A stretch of DNA of 64,000 bases from Minutocellus sp. GHC0000111 (taxonomy: Eukaryota), in the NCBI GenBank assembly GCA_977018835.1, contig OZ361259.1, positions 1,922,001 through 1,986,000 on the forward strand. The letters run 5' to 3'. The notes below the pieces were generated by a model. The model was not told where the DNA came from, did no database searches, and saw nothing but the letters and a program-made list of their open reading frames with translations. Position numbers and translations under genes: made by a program. Below are positions 58,582 through 64,000 of the stretch, one piece after another. Each line of letters begins with the position of its first letter. The stretch's first letter is position 1.

Positions 58582-59570
58582 TCAATTCAACATTCCATAG
58601 GCCGAGGCAACGACAAATACAGCGACAAGAACGCCCCAACCTTCTGGGGCCATTCCAAATATTGTCTCCGCCGGGGAAATATCAAGAACAGTCAGAAAGA
58701 GCGGCAAACAAGCGATCGCCACAAAACCCATGGCCTGAACAGCGTCCATGCCAAACGAGAGCAAAGCAGTGTAAAGAGAGCTAACAAACATGTATCCACC
58801 ATCAATCTTGGCCATGGCCTTGGTTTCATCGTCGTCTTTATCCATTTGATTTTAACGAGAAAGAGAAAACTATTAGCACTACGCATCCAATGACAGATGG
58901 CCATTATGGAATCAAAACATTATGTGCAGACTTACCATCGATCCTAGGATTCAAAAAGAGGAGGGCTCCATGGCCGCACAGGACAACAGAAATTAACTTG
59001 GCAGCCGCCATGTAGTCTCCTTGTCCAGATAACAGACTGAATGCCGTGCCGAGAAGGATCAAATAGATTAACATGTGCGGCACCTGCGGCACACCAAGGT
59101 CCTTATATTTGCCAGTAAGAAGCATTTCGGACATGAAGACGGCACGACTTAAAAAAGCCAAATGCAATCGCTTCCTCCGTCGATGTCTTGCCAAATAGGG
59201 TGAGAAGGCTTGTCACCGCAAGAGACGCGGCTGAACTAGCGAGGCCGTGCCCAAGATAGTGTTCACCCTTGGATCCTTTCTCGAGGGACACGCCAAGCTT
59301 CTCCCAAACTTCAGAGGGTTTGATCGCGCCCGAAAGGGCATCTCCAATAGCCAAAACTCCAAACGTTTTGGCGAGTGCATCGGCGCTGATAGGTCCCAGA
59401 TCGCCACCTCGAAGATTGAGAATTGCCGATGCCGATGAGGACGTTGACACGGGCGTATCTTTTCTAGAGACGAATGGCATCCGAGCGCGAGGGCTGTTTG
59501 GCGCCTCGATTGCCCAGCAGAGGGGACTAGCGAGAACGATTGATTGCCGTTGAATGAGAACCTTGAGCAA
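58582..59570 (-). CDS. LRGG-motif membrane protein, copy 2
   Basis: Same as 39965-40953, including the frameshift. Confidence 0.55.
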
Positions 59571-60071
59571 TGATGGCAGGCATCAAAAGATATGACCGAA
59601 GGATCGAAAAGGCATAAGGACGACGTGAAAAGGTAGTGGCAATCTCTCAAAGAGCCGCATGCAAGGAGAGTATGCTAAACAGATCGCAGATAATTCCAAC
59701 TATTTTCAGATGAAACGATGGCACTTTCACCCGCGATGCCGGCAACTGAACTCACTTGCTTTGCTCTATTGAAATAGATGGGTTTGCTCTTTGATTGACC
59801 GTTCGACATGACTGGCGATAGCTCTGGCGATGGCTGAGTTCGTTCATGCCAATCTCCGGGTTCTCTTAGAAAGTGGGTGCTCCCCTCCTTTCGCCCCCAC
59901 AGAACCCTTAAAAACCATCAAATGTGACACCAACGAAAAATTCCGGAAGCTTGCTGGTGTTCTGCGCGCGTTGAAAGACGGTAAAACGGAATGAAAGAGA
60001 AGCGGCAAGGTTACACGGCCAGGCCAGCACCTCTATCCCTTTGCCTACCTACCTGCCTGATATGATATGAA

Positions 60072-61016
60072 ATGAATGACATACAACGGCATTTCTTGAG
60101 AGGGCTCGAGGAAGCGGCAACTTCTGCTGTTGTCGCAGGTAAAACTACAGCTGCAGTTGATGAGCAGCTTCCTTTCGAAGGAGATGTGTTGCCTCCGCCG
60201 GTCAATCCGTACACAACAACAGGGTTCATCGTTTGGTATTGCTTCCTATTTCTGTGCTGCGGCCTACCTATGATATGTTGTTGCATCAGTATGTGTTGCT
60301 TAACAGTGTGCAGAAAGCTAGAACCTGGGTCATCGTCCAGGAGGACTGGAAATGATAATGATCCCTCCTCGGCCGTTCTCGCCTCGGAAGAAGAGGACGC
60401 CATCGCACTGGAAATCGCCAGGATAGAGGCCAATGTTAGAGCATTTTCTCTCGAGGAGCAGCAACTGAGAAAGTCCAATCTGGCAAAGGCATGGGTGGAG
60501 CACAAGATGATCGTAGGTGAAGAATCGATTGTGGAAATGAAATCGAAGGAGTGCTGTGGTGAAAGTGAGAATGATGAACAGGGGAGAAGCATAGAAGAGG
60601 GCTTGTTTGAACTCCAGCACATACCTGTCCCTGGGTTCAAAGTTGGCGAAACAACCAAACGACGAACGGCGGCTTCTCACTGTGCCATCTGTCTCGAAAG
60701 CTATCGACCAGATGACAGCATTGTCTGGTCAGCGAATGCTGCCTGCGTCCACATATTTCACGAACAGTGTATGCTTTCATGGATTATGAAGCGATTCAAG
60801 CCAGACTGCCCAGTATGTAGGCAAAATTTTGTAAATTTGACCATCGGTGAGGACTCTTCGCTCCCCTTGGTGGGAGGTACAAGCAATTCATCGAATGGAG
60901 ATCTAGTCGAACACAACGTCGAAGAAGAGGGTGCAGGTGACGAAAACGACAGCAATATTGATGCTGGAGATACAGTCGAAGAAGAATCTGCATCAAACGA
61001 AGAAGAGGAAGACTAA
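60072..61016 (+). CDS. Transmembrane RING-H2 E3 ligase, copy 2
   Basis: Same translation as 41455-42399. Confidence 0.9.
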   Translation: MNDIQRHFLRGLEEAATSAVVAGKTTAAVDEQLPFEGDVLPPPVNPYTTTGFIVWYCFLFLCCGLPMICCCISMCCLTVCRKLEPGSSSRRTGNDNDPSSAVLASEEEDAIALEIARIEANVRAFSLEEQQLRKSNLAKAWVEHKMIVGEESIVEMKSKECCGESENDEQGRSIEEGLFELQHIPVPGFKVGETTKRRTAASHCAICLESYRPDDSIVWSANAACVHIFHEQCMLSWIMKRFKPDCPVCRQNFVNLTIGEDSSLPLVGGTSNSSNGDLVEHNVEEEGAGDENDSNIDAGDTVEEESASNEEEED

Positions 61017-61079
61017 CACAGATGGCGCGCCAAATTTTTGAACGATAATGCACATATTTATACATGTAGATCTATGTAC

Positions 61080-61352
61080 CCTTGGAAGCAGCAGGGCTTC
61101 GACGAGGACACTTGTGCGTCGTCAAACGAAGTCAAACCGCCATTGCGCCGGGCGTTGCCTTGATTTGTTTCTAAATTGCCGGAGGCTTCGGTAGTGCTGG
61201 CGGTGGTGCAGTAGCCGGAGGTGGCATTGCAGTCGGCGGAGGAGGAGGGGCATTGGTGGCGGCAGGAACGGGCCCGGTGGTCAGCAATTACCGGCGAGGA
61301 AACTTACGCGGCAGGAACAGCGGTTACTTCGTCGGGGGGGGGATGTTTGGCA
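61080..61352 (-). pseudogene. Short Pro-rich coding relic containing the right duplication breakpoint
   Basis: The minus strand reads ...EVTAVPAA*...TGPVPAATNAPPPPPTAMPPPATAPPPALPKPPAI* with stops and frame changes. Confidence 0.3.
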
Positions 61353-63346
61353 TTGATTGACACTAAAAGAAATATAGATTTTTATCGGTACTCCGGTGCC
61401 ATCATCGATACACGTAGATCTACATGTACATGTACGACGAACTGAAGGAACTGCTAGGAATTCCTAAGATAAGTTCCCATAAGAATCGAATCACCCGAAT
61501 CGAACCTTGTATGCTGCACTTCAGAATATTAGACTCTACTCTCTTTTTAGATCCTTTCTCCAGATAGTACGTGGCGTCCAGCCATCATTGTGCGTCGAAC
61601 GAAACCACATTGATTGCATCATGTGCGGGCGGCCCGCGTCGGCCATTATTTCTAAATTACCAAAAATTACAAGCTTACATGTAATTTAGATTTAGTGGTA
61701 AAATAGGTGAACTAATTTCACAACAAGACTCCGAAGCTTTACATCGGGGTATCCGCCAATGTGCCATCCCTGAATTTTCTGCAAAGTTTCCTTACACTTA
61801 CGCACGAAACAGTGCCGAACGGAACGAATATACGATGACGATTCGATGCACGCCGATAATTGGGCGAGCAGGATTATATGCGCGGAAGGCGACCGGAGAC
61901 TGGTAGAAATGAGGAGTTGTGTTGGGGCCATGCCGACTCGCAAGGTTGGGATGGGCGCGAGGAGCGGAGGTTAAGTTTCAGTGACGTCATTTCATCGTCA
62001 TTGGTCCAGCCGCAAGGCCATCCATCATCCATCCACTACCTGCCCATGCTGGCCAAAGCTTTGGCCAAATTGGCCCGGGGGCAGCCATCTTCAGCATTAA
62101 TTGCCCATGATATATTATCATCGAACAATTGATATATTCTCGGCATCGTGAGTGCCATAATGGCCGAGAAATTTGCGCACAAAGCACGTTCAAAAGTACA
62201 TGTAGTAGTTAGTTGTGCTATGCTCATGCTACATCTGGCGATGTCAACTGCCAATAACTGGGCCATTGGAAGTGCCACAGCATAACTAGAGATCAAACCA
62301 ACATATGATACTTATCTTTGACATGCTGGCTGCATCATGGTGATGAGAAGAGACATATCATTGTCATTGAAGAATGGCTGCGAACAGGTACTGAGCACGA
62401 TGAAATCGCATGGCAGGCGACGAAAGCCGGGCCCATGGGCCCCAAGGACGACGATTGGCTCACATATCTTGAGAATGATATTGTTGGCTGCATATCTGCC
62501 GAGTTTGGGATAATGAAAAAGACAAATGATAAAGTCGGCACATATATTGTCAGTGGAAAGTAGTTGGCAAAGTGATCGACAACAAAGACATCGACCAGCG
62601 AGGAGCACATCACTTACAAAGTGATAATTAAAGAAAAGGCCCACAAAACACAGTACTACTATTGGTTGCTTTCTATATCTCACCTGCTTCGTATCCTGAC
62701 TCTGCCTGGAGCACAAAAACACAAGTACATATCACTTGAGTGTAACTTGCTTGTCGACATTTTCATGAGAAGTCAATAATCTCGGAAAGTAGCGCGAGGC
62801 GCAGATTCGCAGCAACACAGGCACAACAGCCGCCGGCAGCAGGCGGCGCGACATAGTTGGAGCAATGACAATTTGGCGGTGGCGGGTACTGGTGTGGCTC
62901 GGGGCGATACTGTCTGTTAGTCCTCGAGTTGCAATTGTAGCAACAGCAAATGACGGTTGATGGTGGAGCGTGGGAGCGCCGAATATTTGCAAGCCTGCCA
63001 GTCTCCAAATAAATGGAAACGAAGAAGGAAAGCAAGGAGAAACGGAAAAAGCAAACAGGAGGTCCAATTCAGGCTTCACAAAAACCATTTATTGCCCAAA
63101 CCTTTGCTCGGAAAGAAACAGGCCCTTCTGTCGTTCGTAAAAACCATTTTTTGCCCCAACCTTTGCTCAGACAGAAACAACGCAACGGTCGAGTTTGTCG
63201 AACCTCATTAGGTTATGAGCATTTATCCGTCACTTTCATTTTGCGGTTTCGACCAAGGTCTCGCAGGCACGCCTTCCACACCACCAATCGCATCGGCCGC
63301 CGATCTCCCGCATTTTTTGCTTGCTGCAACCCAACAAAGTACCACC

Positions 63347-64000
63347 ATGGTGAAAAAGAAGGGAAAGTCCAAGCGCGTCTCGCTTAAGGACAAGTATAAG
63401 GTGAGTTTGCGGGGAATAGGGACCGACCATGACACAAATTCTGGAAGCGATCGATTGCACTTTCGCCTCATGTCTGTTGCCAACCGAATTGTTTCTCATT
63501 TCCTACTTTCCACTCGTTGAAACTTTTATTTCAACAGATCCAACGACGTGTTGTGGAGAGCCATCGCAAGTCTAGGAAGCAGGCCAAGCGCGATGCGAAG
63601 GCAGGTATCGTTCGTCCGAACAAACGGAGCAAGAAGGATCCTGGAATTCCCAACTCTTGGCCCTTCAAGCAGGATTTGCTGAATGATATTGCCAGGGCCA
63701 AGGAAAGAGCTGAACAGAAGAAGGCCGATGAAAAACAGCAGAAGCAGGACCGCCTTCGTGCCCTGAATGATCACAAGAAGTCTGGAGGAACGGCACGATC
63801 ATACGAGGAAATCATGGCCATGGCCAACAGGGATGCTCAGCAGTTTGCCTCCAATGCCAATCGCGATGAAGGCGAGACGGGCGACGGGGAGGGTATGCGT
63901 ACGGAAAAGCAGAGTCTTGGTCAGCAGTCGCGCCGTGCCTATCTGAAAGAGCTCAAGAAGGTTATTGATGGCAGCGATGTTATTCTCCAGGTCCTCGATG
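63347..64000 (+). CDS. GNL3: Nucleolar GTPase GNL3/GNL3L/Nug1 (nucleostemin family), 5' part; intron 63401-63537
   Basis: MVKKKGKSKRVSLKDKYK|IQRRVVESHRK, KKDPGIPNSWPFK and RRAYLKELKKVIDGSDVILQVLD; runs off the right edge. Confidence 0.92.

Larger units (their letters stand above)
42640..61258. repeat. Tandem segmental duplication, copy 2
   Basis: Matches copy 1 at offset 18,617. Identity ends after ...GGGGCATTGGTG at 61258. Confidence 0.98.

Noticed and set aside
1..64000. CRISPR array, rRNA or LTR retrotransposon
   Set aside because: No regularly spaced repeat-spacer array, rRNA signature, or RT/integrase motifs seen.

Overview
Gene-dense eukaryotic nuclear DNA with short GT-AG introns, bipartite plastid-targeting peptides (signal peptide + ASAF-like) and a flagellar DRC5-like gene. 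It is most consistent with a diatom, probably a centric or multipolar species (inference). Bases 1-23.9 kb hold a CRAL-TRIO gene, an internally deleted KDZ-type (Zisupton/Dileera-like) DNA transposon, an orphan 3' exon of CSN4, then DUF1499, a Na+/H+ exchanger, V-ATPase subunit a, CCB4, DRC5/TCTE1-like, PRA1, HOP2, a lumen-targeted Cys/His-motif protein, an EH-PX-BAR sorting nexin and tRNA-Lys(UUU). From 24,023 to 61,258 an 18,617-bp block is tandemly duplicated, apparently identically, with a 2-bp TG microhomology at the junction. The block carries eight genes: a secreted PhoD-family phosphatase / heme peroxidase / Cys-knot fusion (the most unusual gene here, with altered PhoD metal ligands), a PH-like protein, a repeat protein, CXIP4-like, SKI2, erlectin/OS-9-like, a membrane protein and a RING-H2 ligase. 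The window ends in the 5' part of a GNL3/Nug1 GTPase gene. Several genes carry single-base indels, mostly in short homopolymers, which look like long-read consensus errors. All calls are by eye and motif recall; no database searches were run.
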